From positions 4,160,001 to 4,224,000 of the forward strand of contig CBDCJV010000002.1 in assembly GCA_965217895.1 (NCBI GenBank): a stretch of 64,000 nucleotides of DNA, read 5' to 3'. The DNA is from Waterburya sp. (GTDB lineage: Bacteria > Cyanobacteriota > Cyanobacteriia > Cyanobacteriales > Xenococcaceae). This document shows, in pieces, positions 30,729 through 41,107 of the stretch. The notes beneath the pieces are model-generated. The model worked only from the letters and a program-made list of their open reading frames with translations. It was not told the origin of the DNA and searched no databases. Every line of letters begins with the position of its first letter. The first letter of the stretch is position 1. Both the position numbers and the translations under genes were made by a program.

Positions 30729-32468
30729 TCAGACGGTGGTGAAGTCAATTGGTGTAACATCAGCAGCACTAACGTTATCTAAAATCGCCAAAACTTGATC
30801 GCCATCTGCCATGTTTTGAATAACAACTTTTGTACCTGCGCTATTGTTAGTAATGTATAAATCATTAAAACTTAGAGAAGAAGTTAATCCTAGCAGATCC
30901 GAACCATTATCAAAATCTTTGACCTTTATTGTTCCTTGACCTGATTCGAGAGCAAAGATATCAGCCCCGCTATTACCAATTAGAATGTCGTCGCCATTGC
31001 CACCAAATATAATATCGTTACCGTTGCCACCAAAGATAGTGTCATTCATTTGACCACCATGTAAAGTATCGTTACCATCGTTACCACGAATGACGACTTG
31101 AATTTGAGTTGATTGGGAGGCATCAATCAGATTATTTTTTGCTCGACCGTAGAGATTGGCAAATTCGATTCGACTGATATCATCCGTACCAAGACCTTTA
31201 AGTTGATTGTTTGTTAAGGTTAAGTCTCGATCGCTAAATACAAAAAGGCGATCGCTACCCGCGCCACCATTAAGAGTATCGTTGCCAGCACTAATATTAA
31301 TCTCATCATTACCATCGCCACCAAAGATAGTGTCATTCATTTGACCACCATGTAAAGTATCGTTACCATCGTTACCACGAATGACGACTTGAATTTGAGT
31401 TGATTGGGAGGCATCAATCAGATTATTTCCTGTCTGACCGTAGAGATTGGCAAATTCGATTTGACTGATATTATCTCTTCCAAGACCTTGAAGTTGATTG
31501 TTTGTTAATGTTAAGTCTCGATCGCTGACGGCAAAGAGGCGATCGCTACCCGCACCACCATTAAGAGTATCGTTGCCAGCACTAGCATTAATCCGATCAT
31601 TTCCAGCATTGGCACTAATAAGATCATTACTAGCAGTTCCATTTAGGATATCGTTACCAGTAGTCCCGCTAATTATGTTTGCATCAGTATTTAAATCTAG
31701 TTTAATATTGTCTGAACCAAGATTAATTTGACGAGTGCTGCCGAGAGTTTGATTATCTTTAGCAAAGCTAACATTGTAAATTCCTGGCGTGAGAGCAATT
31801 TGATATCCCCCTGCTGACATGGTGTCGGTAGCAAAAGAGCTATTATCAGACTGACGTACTGCGGTAACCGTTATGCCAGCAAGACCTTCGCCGACACTAT
31901 AAAAATCATCATCAATAACCTCATCCTTAAAGGCTACTCCTGTTAGAAAGGTGCTTGAGCCTGTTGTAGCAAAATTTTGGGTCACCATCAAGGAATTGTA
32001 ACCATCAAAATCCCCTGTTAAAGTGGCAAGACCTATTTCACGGAAATTATTATTTAAAATGTTTTGGCGATGACCCGTGGTACTTTTAAACAATGACTTA
32101 TATACTTCAGATGTGGCTTCGGTAACGTTGAGAGTTCCTGTTGTGCCAAAATAGCCAATATTCTCTCCCAGAGTAGTATATTGATAACCAGCATTTTCCA
32201 GGCGATCGCCTGGACTGCTCCCTCCTGCTCCAGTGTGGGAGAAAGTATCTGAATCTAGCATCCACTGGCTATGGGAATTAGCCACATCTGTTAATGATAA
32301 GTTGAAAGCTAAAGGCTGTTTGACACTATTAGAGATAGTGTTGGGGGTTAGTCCTTCATTTAAATCAATTCCGTATAAATCTGCTTCTGCTGAAGGATTT
32401 AAACGAGCGCGATTAATTAATTCGAGCATATATTGCTCGTGTACAGTGGGTTGGATCATGAATAGCAC
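30729..32468 (-). CDS. CAP/SCP domain protein with RTX-type Ca-binding repeats
   Basis: EQYMLELINRAR, HSQWM..FSHTG, GENI, GHRQNIL; many GGxGxD nonapeptides. Confidence 0.9.
   Translation of the reverse strand: MLFMIQPTVHEQYMLELINRARLNPSAEADLYGIDLNEGLTPNTISNSVKQPLAFNLSLTDVANSHSQWMLDSDTFSHTGAGGSSPGDRLENAGYQYTTLGENIGYFGTTGTLNVTEATSEVYKSLFKSTTGHRQNILNNNFREIGLATLTGDFDGYNSLMVTQNFATTGSSTFLTGVAFKDEVIDDDFYSVGEGLAGITVTAVRQSDNSSFATDTMSAGGYQIALTPGIYNVSFAKDNQTLGSTRQINLGSDNIKLDLNTDANIISGTTGNDILNGTASNDLISANAGNDRINASAGNDTLNGGAGSDRLFAVSDRDLTLTNNQLQGLGRDNISQIEFANLYGQTGNNLIDASQSTQIQVVIRGNDGNDTLHGGQMNDTIFGGDGNDEINISAGNDTLNGGAGSDRLFVFSDRDLTLTNNQLKGLGTDDISRIEFANLYGRAKNNLIDASQSTQIQVVIRGNDGNDTLHGGQMNDTIFGGNGNDIIFGGNGDDILIGNSGADIFALESGQGTIKVKDFDNGSDLLGLTSSLSFNDLYITNNSAGTKVVIQNMADGDQVLAILDNVSAADVTPIDFTTV
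31026..31586. repeat. 291-bp (97-aa) near-identical tandem duplication inside the CAP/RTX gene
   Basis: 31026-31295 repeats at 31317-31586. Confidence 0.9.
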
Positions 32469-32705
32469 TTTTATTAATAATTGAAATTGTTATCAACTAC
32501 TAATCTAGTCATGGCATTTAGTTTTGAAAACAGTATTTACAGCAGTTTTTTGTAGGTAAGCAAAAATTAAAAAGAGCAAAAATGTTTTCCGAAAAGCTCA
32601 TTGACTACTAAGATTTATTTTTAAACATACACAGGCGATCGCCAAGAATAAAATTAATATAAAAAAAACTTATATGTAACATTATTAAAAACAATGCAAA
32701 ATACT

Positions 32706-32734
32706 TTGATAAAGTACAAATACTTAGTTATTAT
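32706..32734 (+). promoter_or_regulatory. sigma70-type psbA promoter
   Basis: TTGATA-17 bp-TATTAT about 100 bp upstream of the ATG. Confidence 0.6.
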
Positions 32735-32830
32735 ATGAACATAGACAAAAGAAACACATTATTTTATCTCGTTTCTAAAGTCTTGTTCTTAACAGAACCT
32801 TGAAAAACAAATAAAGCAATTATCTAACAC

Positions 32831-33913
32831 ATGACAACTACCTTACAACAACGCGAAACACGCGGAGCTTGGGAGAACTTCTGTCAGTGGATCACCAGCA
32901 CCAACAACCGCATCTATGTCGGTTGGTTTGGAGTCCTAATGATCCCGACACTCCTAGCAGCAACAACCTGTTTCCTAATCGCCTTCGTCGCAGCACCCCC
33001 TGTAGACATCGACGGCATCCGTGAACCTGTAGCAGGTTCGCTACTATACGGAAACAACATCATCTCAGGTGCAGTAGTACCTAGCTCCAATGCAATTGGT
33101 CTTCACTTCTACCCAATTTGGGAAGCAGCATCACTTGACGAATGGTTATATAACGGTGGACCATACCAACTGATAATCTTTCACTTCCTGATCGGCGTAT
33201 TCTCATACCTGGGTCGTCAGTGGGAACTATCATTCAGATTAGGAATGCGTCCTTGGATATGTGTAGCCTACTCAGCACCAGTATCAGCAGCCACAGCAGT
33301 ATTTCTAATCTATCCCCTAGGACAAGGTTCATTCTCTGATGGTATGCCGCTGGGTATCTCTGGAACATTCAACTTCATGTTAGTCTTCCAAGCAGAACAC
33401 AACATCCTGATGCACCCGTTCCACATGTTAGGAGTAGCAGGAGTATTCGGTGGAGCATTATTCTCTGCCATGCACGGTTCGTTGGTAACATCATCCTTGG
33501 TACGTGAAACAACCGAAAGCGAATCACAAAACTACGGCTACAAATTCGGACAAGAAGAAGAAACATACAACATCGTCGCAGCCCACGGCTACTTCGGTCG
33601 TCTAATCTTCCAGTACGCAAGTTTCAACAACTCACGTGCCTTGCACTTCTTCTTAGGAGCATGGCCAGTAATCGGCATCTGGTTCACAGCAATGGGAATA
33701 TCCACCATGGCGTTCAACCTGAATGGATTTAACTTCAACCAGTCGGTAATGGATTCACAAGGTCGTGTAGTCAACACATGGGCAGACATCTTGAACCGAG
33801 CCAACCTAGGTTTTGAGGTCATGCACGAACGTAACGCTCACAACTTCCCGCTTGACTTAGCCAGTGGCGATATTGCTCCTGTAGCACTAACTGCTCCTGC
33901 TATCAACGGTTAA
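32831..33913 (+). CDS. psbA: photosystem II D1 protein, standard form with Q130 (D1:1 type)
   Basis: 360 aa; [22 protein letters not shown] processing site. Confidence 0.99.
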   Translation: MTTTLQQRETRGAWENFCQWITSTNNRIYVGWFGVLMIPTLLAATTCFLIAFVAAPPVDIDGIREPVAGSLLYGNNIISGAVVPSSNAIGLHFYPIWEAASLDEWLYNGGPYQLIIFHFLIGVFSYLGRQWELSFRLGMRPWICVAYSAPVSAATAVFLIYPLGQGSFSDGMPLGISGTFNFMLVFQAEHNILMHPFHMLGVAGVFGGALFSAMHGSLVTSSLVRETTESESQNYGYKFGQEEETYNIVAAHGYFGRLIFQYASFNNSRALHFFLGAWPVIGIWFTAMGISTMAFNLNGFNFNQSVMDSQGRVVNTWADILNRANLGFEVMHERNAHNFPLDLASGDIAPVALTAPAING

Positions 33914-33949
33914 ATTGACCCTGATTACAGTTCTGTAATTGATTAATTG

Positions 33950-33986
33950 AAAAAAAGCTCTCCAGCGCTGGAGAGCTTTTTTTTTT
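33950..33986 (+). terminator. psbA rho-independent terminator
   Basis: AAAAAAGCTCTCCAGCGCTGGAGAGCTTTTTTTTTT. Confidence 0.92.
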
Positions 33987-34347
33987 GGCTATTTTTATTT
34001 TACATTAATGGTTTGGGCGACGTTGAAGTTTTTAAAAGCGATCGCGTCAATCTTTTGATCGAACATTGCACTCGGTGTTTTTCAAGATAAATCCACTCCC
34101 CAAAAGTGGGAACATCGCGAGCAGGTAACTAATAGCCAGCAGATAAACAATCTAGTACCAGCTAACTATCATCAAGATTCTGAACTAATGCGATCACTAA
34201 TTTTAGGCATCGAATGTATTGGCAAACAAATCGCTCTACTTCAGCTCAGTATTGGAGAATAACAGGTAGTCTAAAAAAACTGATGTTATAAAGTAAGAAG
34301 TCATCTAGACTCTAAGCGTAACGGTTAACAATTATTTATTTTTATCT

Positions 34348-34722
34348 ATGTCTACTATTGAACAAATTAAACCTGCTGGTCAGGCTGATGTAATTATTTA
34401 TGTACCTTATTATCCAAAAAATAAACATAGTTGGCTGCCTCATGCGATCGCTTTATATCGTGAAGCATCTTTAGAAGGAGAAAGGCAGGTAGAAGGTGCA
34501 GAAAGTATTCCTTTTGTAGCTACTTGGTATGTATCCAAATTACCATCAGAGTTAACTCGTTGTCGTTTACAGTTTGATGGACAGGCAGAATTGAGTTATG
34601 AAGTAACATTGTCTAACTCAGAGTTTATTGATTATCTAATTGATGTCATCATGAACTTTAAACGTTCTAACACAACAGATTTTCCTAGAGATTTTTATCG
34701 AAAACTGTTGCGCTTTGAATAG
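34348..34722 (+). CDS. ebsA: type IV pilus biogenesis/biofilm suppression protein EbsA
   Basis: LPHAIALY...LEGER.VEG.ESIPFVATW..LPSELTRCRLQFDG.AELSYE..DF...FYRKLL; upstream of a Pta-like gene. Confidence 0.88.
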   Translation: MSTIEQIKPAGQADVIIYVPYYPKNKHSWLPHAIALYREASLEGERQVEGAESIPFVATWYVSKLPSELTRCRLQFDGQAELSYEVTLSNSEFIDYLIDVIMNFKRSNTTDFPRDFYRKLLRFE

Positions 34723-34734
34723 ACTATAAATCAC

Positions 34735-34772
34735 TGGGCTTGAATGCTGCTTGCAAGCGATATTTAAGCCCA
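34735..34772. terminator. hairpin between ebsA and the Pta-like gene
   Basis: TGGGCTTGAAT...ATTTAAGCCCA inverted repeat. Confidence 0.5.
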
Positions 34773-34805
34773 CTACAATAAATAATATTATCAAGGAGCG
34801 AGGGC

Positions 34806-35894
34806 GTGGCTACATCTGCTAAACATCTTCTAATCGCCTCAACTGAGGCTCACAGCGGTAAATCGGCAACCATATTGGGTTTAAGCCGATTATCTTTAGA
34901 AAGAGAAATATCTATTGGTTATGGACAACCTTTGGCAACCGATCTACAAAAAAACTCTCAGAATGAAGATGATAGAGATGTTAATTTTCTAGCTGCTACT
35001 TTGGGATTATCCGTTAAGCAAATTAAGCCACCCTTATTGAGGTTGGATCATCAGACAATTAGTCAGCGTCTTCAAGGTAAAGATGATCGAGACTATACTC
35101 AAGCTCTACAAGAATACATCAAACAAATTGAAGGTGATTTAATTCTACTAGAAGGTTCTAGCAATCTTTGGGAAGGCAGTATTTTTAATCTGTCAGTGCC
35201 AGAAATTGCCGAATCAATAAATGCTAAAATTCTTTTAGTAGCTCCCTATCATCCTCTACTTTCAGTTGGGAGCTTATTAGCAGCGAAAAAGTTTTTGGGC
35301 GATCGCCTTTTAGGAGTTGTTTTAAATGATATTTCTCCAACAGAATTAGCCAACGCTAAAGATACGGTAAAGCCTTACTTGGAAGCTCAAAATATTCCTG
35401 TTTTGGGCATGATTCCTCAAGATCGCATTTTAAATAGTATTAGCGTTAGAGAGATAGCCACAAGACTAAATGCCAATGTTTTGTGTTGTCCTGAACATTT
35501 AGACTGGATGGTAGAAAGCTTGAGCATTGGGGCAATGAACGTTAACTCAGCTTTAGGCTACTTCCGCCAGCGAGAAAATATGGCTGTAGTTACAGGTGGC
35601 GATCGCGCTGAGTTGCAAATGGCAGCCTTGGAGACTTCGACTCACTGTCTGATTTTAACAGGTCGCATTCCGCCCAAAGATTTGATTATTGAGCGTGCAG
35701 AGAGTCTAGACATTCCCATTCTCTCAGTAGACACGGATACTTTAACTACCGTAGAAGTGGTTGATGGTGCTTTCGGTAAAGTTTCGATCCACGAACCAAT
35801 CAAAGTAGAACAAATTCAAAAGCTGATGGAGCAACACTTTGATATTGAGAGACTGATACAGCAGCTTGGTCTAGAAGTAGTGAAATCAGTATAA
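34806..35894 (+). CDS. phosphotransacetylase N-terminal-like (BioD-like/DRTGG) protein
   Basis: HSGKS P-loop, LLEG, IGAMN, VVTGGDR. Confidence 0.9.
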   Translation: MATSAKHLLIASTEAHSGKSATILGLSRLSLEREISIGYGQPLATDLQKNSQNEDDRDVNFLAATLGLSVKQIKPPLLRLDHQTISQRLQGKDDRDYTQALQEYIKQIEGDLILLEGSSNLWEGSIFNLSVPEIAESINAKILLVAPYHPLLSVGSLLAAKKFLGDRLLGVVLNDISPTELANAKDTVKPYLEAQNIPVLGMIPQDRILNSISVREIATRLNANVLCCPEHLDWMVESLSIGAMNVNSALGYFRQRENMAVVTGGDRAELQMAALETSTHCLILTGRIPPKDLIIERAESLDIPILSVDTDTLTTVEVVDGAFGKVSIHEPIKVEQIQKLMEQHFDIERLIQQLGLEVVKSV

Positions 35895-36072
35895 AATAAG
35901 TCTTTTTGTCGCTATTGGCTTTTAAGAGAAAGCACAAAGTTCAACTTACTCAGTATATTAGTCAACCAAATCCATGTAGTTAAGAACATTTAACTAAAGT
36001 CTTTTAAAGCTTTTTTAATCCACACAAGGCGTAAAATATAATATAGATTTAAAATTTAGGACTAGATTTTTC

Positions 36073-36270
36073 ATGACAATGAAATTTAAAGTACCCAGCA
36101 TAGTTTGTGCTGGTTGCATAGATACGATAAAAGAAGCAATTATTACTGAGGAACCCAAAGCCAAAGTTGAGATAGATTTAGACTCAAAACAGGTGATGGT
36201 AGACACCGATGCCTCAGAAGAATCTATTAGGCAAATTATTACCGCAGTTGGACACACTGTTGAGGGATAA
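36073..36270 (+). CDS. heavy-metal-associated domain copper chaperone (Atx1/CopZ-like)
   Basis: VPSIVCAGC CxxC, C-terminal GH.V. Confidence 0.9.
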   Translation: MTMKFKVPSIVCAGCIDTIKEAIITEEPKAKVEIDLDSKQVMVDTDASEESIRQIITAVGHTVEG

Positions 36271-36348
36271 ATGAAGGGATGAGAGATTAGGGATGAAGGA
36301 TAAGGAGTCAAAAAAAGTTCTCATCCCTCTCATCTCTAACTAAAATAT

Positions 36349-37410
36349 TTAAATAGGTGTTGCAGCTTTTACACCCAGAGTTTGTAGCTGAGTAAGTTTA
36401 GCTGCAACTTCTCCTGTAGACAATATTTTTTCGGCTAACTCAAAAGCAGATTCTAAACTAGAAGCTTGCTTAAAACGCCATAAATAAAAACCACCGTTGA
36501 GAATGGCAGCAGGAAATAGTTTACTGTTGTCTCCTTGAATAACTGCTTTAATTAAAGCGATCGCCTGCTCTTTGGATTCTAAAGGAACATCAGAACCATT
36601 TAAATCATAGTCTTTTGGGTCAAGTAAAAGGCGTTCAAAGCTTTTTTGTGAGCTACTCATAGCAATAATTCCTGTACGACTACGAGCAAGATCACAGCTA
36701 CCTTCTAAACCCTTAACTAAGGTAAAGTCTTTAGTCTGACGAAGCTTAAAAGTTGAGCAAAAACGCTCTTCGGTTGGTGGATGGACAAACCCCGCTACCA
36801 AATGACAATCTCCCATTATAGGACTCCAGACTAATTCCGCAGTGGCGAAAGGAGGACGCTTGCCGATTTGTTCACGAAAGCTCACAAAATCATGGGCAGT
36901 AGGGAAATGTTGTGGCAGGTAAATAAAGCCCACGTTGCTTTGGTTATAGATATTCTGAATCTGAGCTAGATTAAATTTAGCAAAATCTACTCCTAGCTGT
37001 TGCCAAATTTCGAGCAGGGGAATGCCATATTTGGTGGGCATACAGTCGCCCCCGTGCATGACGACAGGTATGTCCGCAGTAGCTAAAATTAAAGCAGTAA
37101 TGATGGTAACTGGCACAGTTCGCGATCGCCCATCATAAGGATTACCCAGCACAACTGGTTGATAGTCATGTTTGGGGTTTATTTCTATTCTTGAACCAAG
37201 CCGATCAAAAGCGTCAAGAATTCCCGCTAATTCTTCTGGAGTTGGGCGTTTGATTCGATGAGCAATTAGAAAAGCCCCAATTTGTGCAGGAGTCGCTTCT
37301 TGCAACAACATCATTTCAGTCGCTTTTGCAGATTCAGCACGAGTGAGATTTTTACTGGTGTGAGTACCGCTACCAACTCTTTTTAATAATTCTCGAAACT
37401 CATCGCTCAT
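36349..37410 (-). CDS. cnaT: anthranilate phosphoribosyltransferase-like protein CnaT
   Basis: VGSG.HTSK.LTR, QIGAFLIAHRIKRP, PYDGRSR; directly downstream of ntcB. Confidence 0.82.
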   Translation of the reverse strand: MSDEFRELLKRVGSGTHTSKNLTRAESAKATEMMLLQEATPAQIGAFLIAHRIKRPTPEELAGILDAFDRLGSRIEINPKHDYQPVVLGNPYDGRSRTVPVTIITALILATADIPVVMHGGDCMPTKYGIPLLEIWQQLGVDFAKFNLAQIQNIYNQSNVGFIYLPQHFPTAHDFVSFREQIGKRPPFATAELVWSPIMGDCHLVAGFVHPPTEERFCSTFKLRQTKDFTLVKGLEGSCDLARSRTGIIAMSSSQKSFERLLLDPKDYDLNGSDVPLESKEQAIALIKAVIQGDNSKLFPAAILNGGFYLWRFKQASSLESAFELAEKILSTGEVAAKLTQLQTLGVKAATPI

Positions 37411-37459
37411 GATTTGTCTGGGTTCATTTTTGAATTGAGAATGATTTTGTCTTTAGTTA

Positions 37460-38425
37460 TTAGTTATTAGTTATTAGTTCCATTGCCGAGTGGTTGGCAG
37501 ATTTTCCCATGTCTTTGACTAGTTGATAAAAGTGAGCAATGGGAGGAATCATCAGGCGATCGCGAGTTGTCACCATCACTACCTGACGGGTTAAAACTCC
37601 ATCTATTTCTCCAGTGATGCTTTTGGCTATGTCAGGTTGAGAAATAGGTCTGATGGCTAAGGTAGGGTCATTATAGGAATCAATTAAAGCTTTGTTGGGT
37701 AAAAGAGCAATCATTTCTCCCTGACGAATTACGCCTCTAAAGGCATCAAGAGTATTTAATTCCATCGCCGTTTTGATTTGCACATTTTGTTCCTTAAACC
37801 AGTCTTGAACCAACCTTTGCATCCCATAGCCATCTTTAAAGACAATCTGGGGGTACTTAACTAATTCCAAAAGGGGAATATTTGTTAGCTTGCTCAAAGG
37901 ATGGTTGGCAGCCATCAAAACATCTATCTCTTCTTCGTAAAGTACAGTCAATTCAACTTCAGCAGAAGCAGTGAGAAAACGATTGTTCATCACAATTGCC
38001 AAATCAATCAAGCCATCCCGCAAAACCTTTAAAGCGCGATCGCTACCTAGAGCCGTAACTCTCAACTGAACTTCAGGGTAGTCTTGACAAAATTGTTGCA
38101 GAATTGGCGGTAGATAATGAGCGCATACCGAATGAATAGCCGCAACACAAAGTTCGGGCTGCTTACCAGCAATTAGATCTGCACACTCATTAGTAGCTTT
38201 GCTCCATTCCTGGCAAATTTTTTGCGCCCTAGGCAACAACTTTTCCCCGCCCAAAGTTAACTTGGCTTGGGTGCTACGGTGAAACAAGGGTAAACCCAAA
38301 TCTTGTTCTAATGACTGTATTTGACGGCTAATAGTAGACTGGGTAATACCGCATTTTTTAGCTGCATGCCCAAAATTTCCTGTTTCTGTAATCGCAATAA
38401 ATGCTTGCAACTGCTCAATTCGCAT
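37460..38425 (-). CDS. ntcB: LysR-type nitrate assimilation activator NtcB
   Basis: MRIEQLQAF..A.KCG.TQSTISRQIQSLE, GKQPELC, LGSDRALKVL; ntcB-cnaT synteny. Confidence 0.85.
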   Translation of the reverse strand: MRIEQLQAFIAITETGNFGHAAKKCGITQSTISRQIQSLEQDLGLPLFHRSTQAKLTLGGEKLLPRAQKICQEWSKATNECADLIAGKQPELCVAAIHSVCAHYLPPILQQFCQDYPEVQLRVTALGSDRALKVLRDGLIDLAIVMNNRFLTASAEVELTVLYEEEIDVLMAANHPLSKLTNIPLLELVKYPQIVFKDGYGMQRLVQDWFKEQNVQIKTAMELNTLDAFRGVIRQGEMIALLPNKALIDSYNDPTLAIRPISQPDIAKSITGEIDGVLTRQVVMVTTRDRLMIPPIAHFYQLVKDMGKSANHSAMELITNN

Positions 38426-38478
38426 ACTTCTCTAAACGCAAGCAACCATAGTTTACTGTTGACTTACCACTCTAGATG

Positions 38479-38521
38479 AAGATAGCTGATTTGCTAAGCA
38501 ACTTTTCGTATAAAAGACGAC
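38479..38521 (-). promoter_or_regulatory. putative NtcA-activated promoter of ntcB
   Basis: Minus strand GTC-N8-TAC (one mismatch to GTA-N8-TAC), then 23 nt, then TATCTT (TAN3T). Confidence 0.45.
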
Positions 38522-38564
38522 ATTAATTGATTACGGTATGTGGAATTTCTGAACATAAACAGAT

Positions 38565-39590
38565 TTATGTACGTCGAGGAAAAGTAGGCAGATCGACCGC
38601 TGCTAAAGACTGGGGTTTTTTGCTCGAAGAAGATTTAGCTGCTGTTTTAGGCTTAGCTACTTGCTGCGAGGTGGATGCCGACCAAGTTGCAATTTCTGCT
38701 GCCGTCTTAACGGTTTGATGAGCTATTTTGGATAGCTTAGTTTGGGGTAAAGAAATTCTTGTTTCTGAGGTAGCGTAAGCTGTCCAAGGCTTGATGGATT
38801 TACGATGCAAATCAGTTTGATTAGAATCAACAACTGGTTTTTGATCGAGGCTTTGATTAGACTCAGTAGCTTTTTCGGTATAACGTTTTAGTTCAGCTTT
38901 ATACTGGACTGCATAACGCTGTTGCTGACTAAGTTTTGCCCTTAGATCTTTGATTTGTTCTTCTTTGGCAGTTAATTCATAGGCTTGATTGTTGTAACCT
39001 TCCTGTAACAAAGTACATTCTCTTTCTAACTGAGCAGTTTGTTGTTGAGATAGTTCATTTTGCTGAAATAAATTATCAATAACAGCTTTTTGCTTTTCTA
39101 TTGTTTGTAGAGATCCAGATAATTTCTGGGTAATTTGTTGATTTAAATCGGCTATCTTTACCTGATAGGTTTCAATTTCTTCTGCCTGTTGGGCTACAAG
39201 CAAATCGCTACTACGGGCTTTTTCAGCCTGTTTACTAAACTTATTATTTATATCTGCTAATTCTTGTTCAAGTCGAAATACGTTTTTCAATAGTTTACGA
39301 TTATATTCTCGTAATTTGTGAGCAACTTTTTGCCAGTTCATTTTTGTTTCTGAAGGTTTTTGCTGCTCTATAGAGTTGCTCTTGGATGGGCAATCATCCT
39401 GATTGAAATTACTATCAGATGAATTAGAATCATTCTCGATAGCTTGGCTACTGTCTATTTGTCTTGCTTTATTGCAATTCTGTGCTTGATAATCATTTGT
39501 GGTGGAGATAAATTCAACATCAGATTCTGAGTTGAAAGAAGCAGCATTATTGTTAACTTCGCTCATAATATCTATATTTGGGTTGGTCAA
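38565..39590 (-). CDS. hypothetical coiled-coil protein
   Basis: Long heptad region (WQKVAHKLREYNRKL...QLERECTLLQ..LSQQQRYAVQYKAEL), C-terminal VDLPTF. Confidence 0.75.
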   Translation of the reverse strand: MTNPNIDIMSEVNNNAASFNSESDVEFISTTNDYQAQNCNKARQIDSSQAIENDSNSSDSNFNQDDCPSKSNSIEQQKPSETKMNWQKVAHKLREYNRKLLKNVFRLEQELADINNKFSKQAEKARSSDLLVAQQAEEIETYQVKIADLNQQITQKLSGSLQTIEKQKAVIDNLFQQNELSQQQTAQLERECTLLQEGYNNQAYELTAKEEQIKDLRAKLSQQQRYAVQYKAELKRYTEKATESNQSLDQKPVVDSNQTDLHRKSIKPWTAYATSETRISLPQTKLSKIAHQTVKTAAEIATWSASTSQQVAKPKTAAKSSSSKKPQSLAAVDLPTFPRRT

Positions 39591-39795
39591 AATATTGCAG
39601 TCATAAAATCTAAATAACTTAAGTAATTACTCATAGATGAGTATGCCATAATTGTTGGCTAGACAATCATCGCTGTTTTGTTATTTTCTAAACTTTAGTA
39701 TAAATGTCAGTTAATGATGTTTATTAGTTTTTTTACTTAGCTTTAGATTTGGCTAAATATAGCTTAAACGTTGTGCTAAAAAATGCCAAGGTTCG

Positions 39796-40848
39796 TTAAC
39801 TATTAGTAATCACTTGACTCAATAATTGCTGATGAATTAATGAGCGGTCGATTATCGATTGAATTTGAACCCGATTTAAAGCTTCTTCATCATGATAGTG
39901 TTCTTGCCAAGTACGGCTAATTTCTTGAGGATCTTCAGGTAGATTAGTTAACTCATATCCTGGTAAATTTACCTCAGACATTAATTGGCTAACTTTAGGA
40001 TCATAACTGAGGGCAAAGCAGTTACAGCCTTCTGCTGCTGCCATAATCAAACTATGGAGACGCATCCCGATCGCCATTTTTACCTCCTTGAATAATCCTT
40101 TTAATTCTTGAGGATCTCCAATTAACGTTACAGTATAATTCTGCTCTAGCTGTGCTGCAATTTTATCGGCGATCGCCCGATCTTGAACAGGCTGAAAGGG
40201 AATCAGTAAAATAAAGCTCTTGGTTTGAGCTTGAAAGTCTCTAAGAGCCTTGATTAAAGTTTGTAAACGGTTGGCTGTTAGTAGAGGATGCGATCGCAAT
40301 ATTACTGCCACTTTTGGCTGGTCTAAATCTTTTAAACCTTTTGCTGGCTTGCTTTGCAATGCCCATACAGGATCGGGGGCGACTACCGAATTTATTTGCC
40401 AACTGCTGAGTAATTGGGCAGAAGCTGTATCTCGAACGCTAATCGCATTACAGCCTGATAATGTTTGTTTTGTCAGCCAGCGAGTCAAAGACTTATTCAA
40501 TGGACCAATTCCTTGCGCCCAGGCGATCGTTTTTAAGCCTTTTTGTTGAGCTAGAGCCATCAAGCCTGCGTAGTATATAGGGCTAGCAATACTAGTAGAG
40601 TCCTGCATCAGACTACCGCCACCCCAAATAAAAACATCAGATTGTTTTAAAATATTAAGTATTGCCCAAGTTGATTTACGACGATAGCTAGGAACTCCAT
40701 ACTGTTTTTTGGTTGCTTTAGGATTACCAGATAGAATAATAGGCTCAACTGATTTAGGCAGCATTTGTAACAAAGACATTAGTAATGCTTCGTCTCCCGC
40801 ATTGCCCATGCCATAATATCCACACAATACTGCTCTAGTTTGATTCAT
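39796..40848 (-). CDS. csaB: polysaccharide pyruvyl transferase CsaB
   Basis: GYYGMGNAGDEA, GGGSLMQD.TS, WAQGIGP, SVRD, GMRLHSLI, YDPKV. Confidence 0.93.
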   Translation of the reverse strand: MNQTRAVLCGYYGMGNAGDEALLMSLLQMLPKSVEPIILSGNPKATKKQYGVPSYRRKSTWAILNILKQSDVFIWGGGSLMQDSTSIASPIYYAGLMALAQQKGLKTIAWAQGIGPLNKSLTRWLTKQTLSGCNAISVRDTASAQLLSSWQINSVVAPDPVWALQSKPAKGLKDLDQPKVAVILRSHPLLTANRLQTLIKALRDFQAQTKSFILLIPFQPVQDRAIADKIAAQLEQNYTVTLIGDPQELKGLFKEVKMAIGMRLHSLIMAAAEGCNCFALSYDPKVSQLMSEVNLPGYELTNLPEDPQEISRTWQEHYHDEEALNRVQIQSIIDRSLIHQQLLSQVITNS

Positions 40849-40963
40849 TATTTTTAGCTAATGTTACTGTTTTAGATATAGGTAGTTTTAATATGCTGAA
40901 TTGAAAGCAATACTGTTCCAGCTATTAGCTATCAGCTTTTTTAAAAGTAAGTTGAGTAGATTA

Positions 40964-41070
40964 TATAGCAATCGAATTGTAGATTAGAAAATCTCTTAAT
41001 CTCTCTGCGTCTTTGCGCCTTTGCGCGAGATAATTACTAATAGTCTTAACCTTATACTTCGACCACTATA
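40964..41070. mobile_element. degenerate MITE-like element
   Basis: TATAGCAATCGAA...TTCGACCACTATA imperfect terminal inverted repeats around short (ct)ttgcgc repeats. Confidence 0.45.
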
Positions 41071-41107
41071 AAAGATTGATTTACTCAATACTTATTACTT
41101 ATACAAA

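Noticed and set aside
32831..33913. Possibility of an atypical D1 (rogue, super-rogue/ChlF or far-red)
   Set aside because: The sequence has the standard C-terminal ligands and processing site ([14 protein letters not shown]) and Q130; it is an ordinary D1.
34000..34260. Possible decayed reading frame on the minus strand between psbA and ebsA
   Set aside because: It has multiple stops and no family could be recognised, so it is unsupported without a search.
36275..37477. Short heptamer-like repeats at 36275-36340 and (TAGTTAT)n at 37455-37477
   Set aside because: Ordinary cyanobacterial STRR-type repeats or terminator hairpins; no evidence of a larger system.
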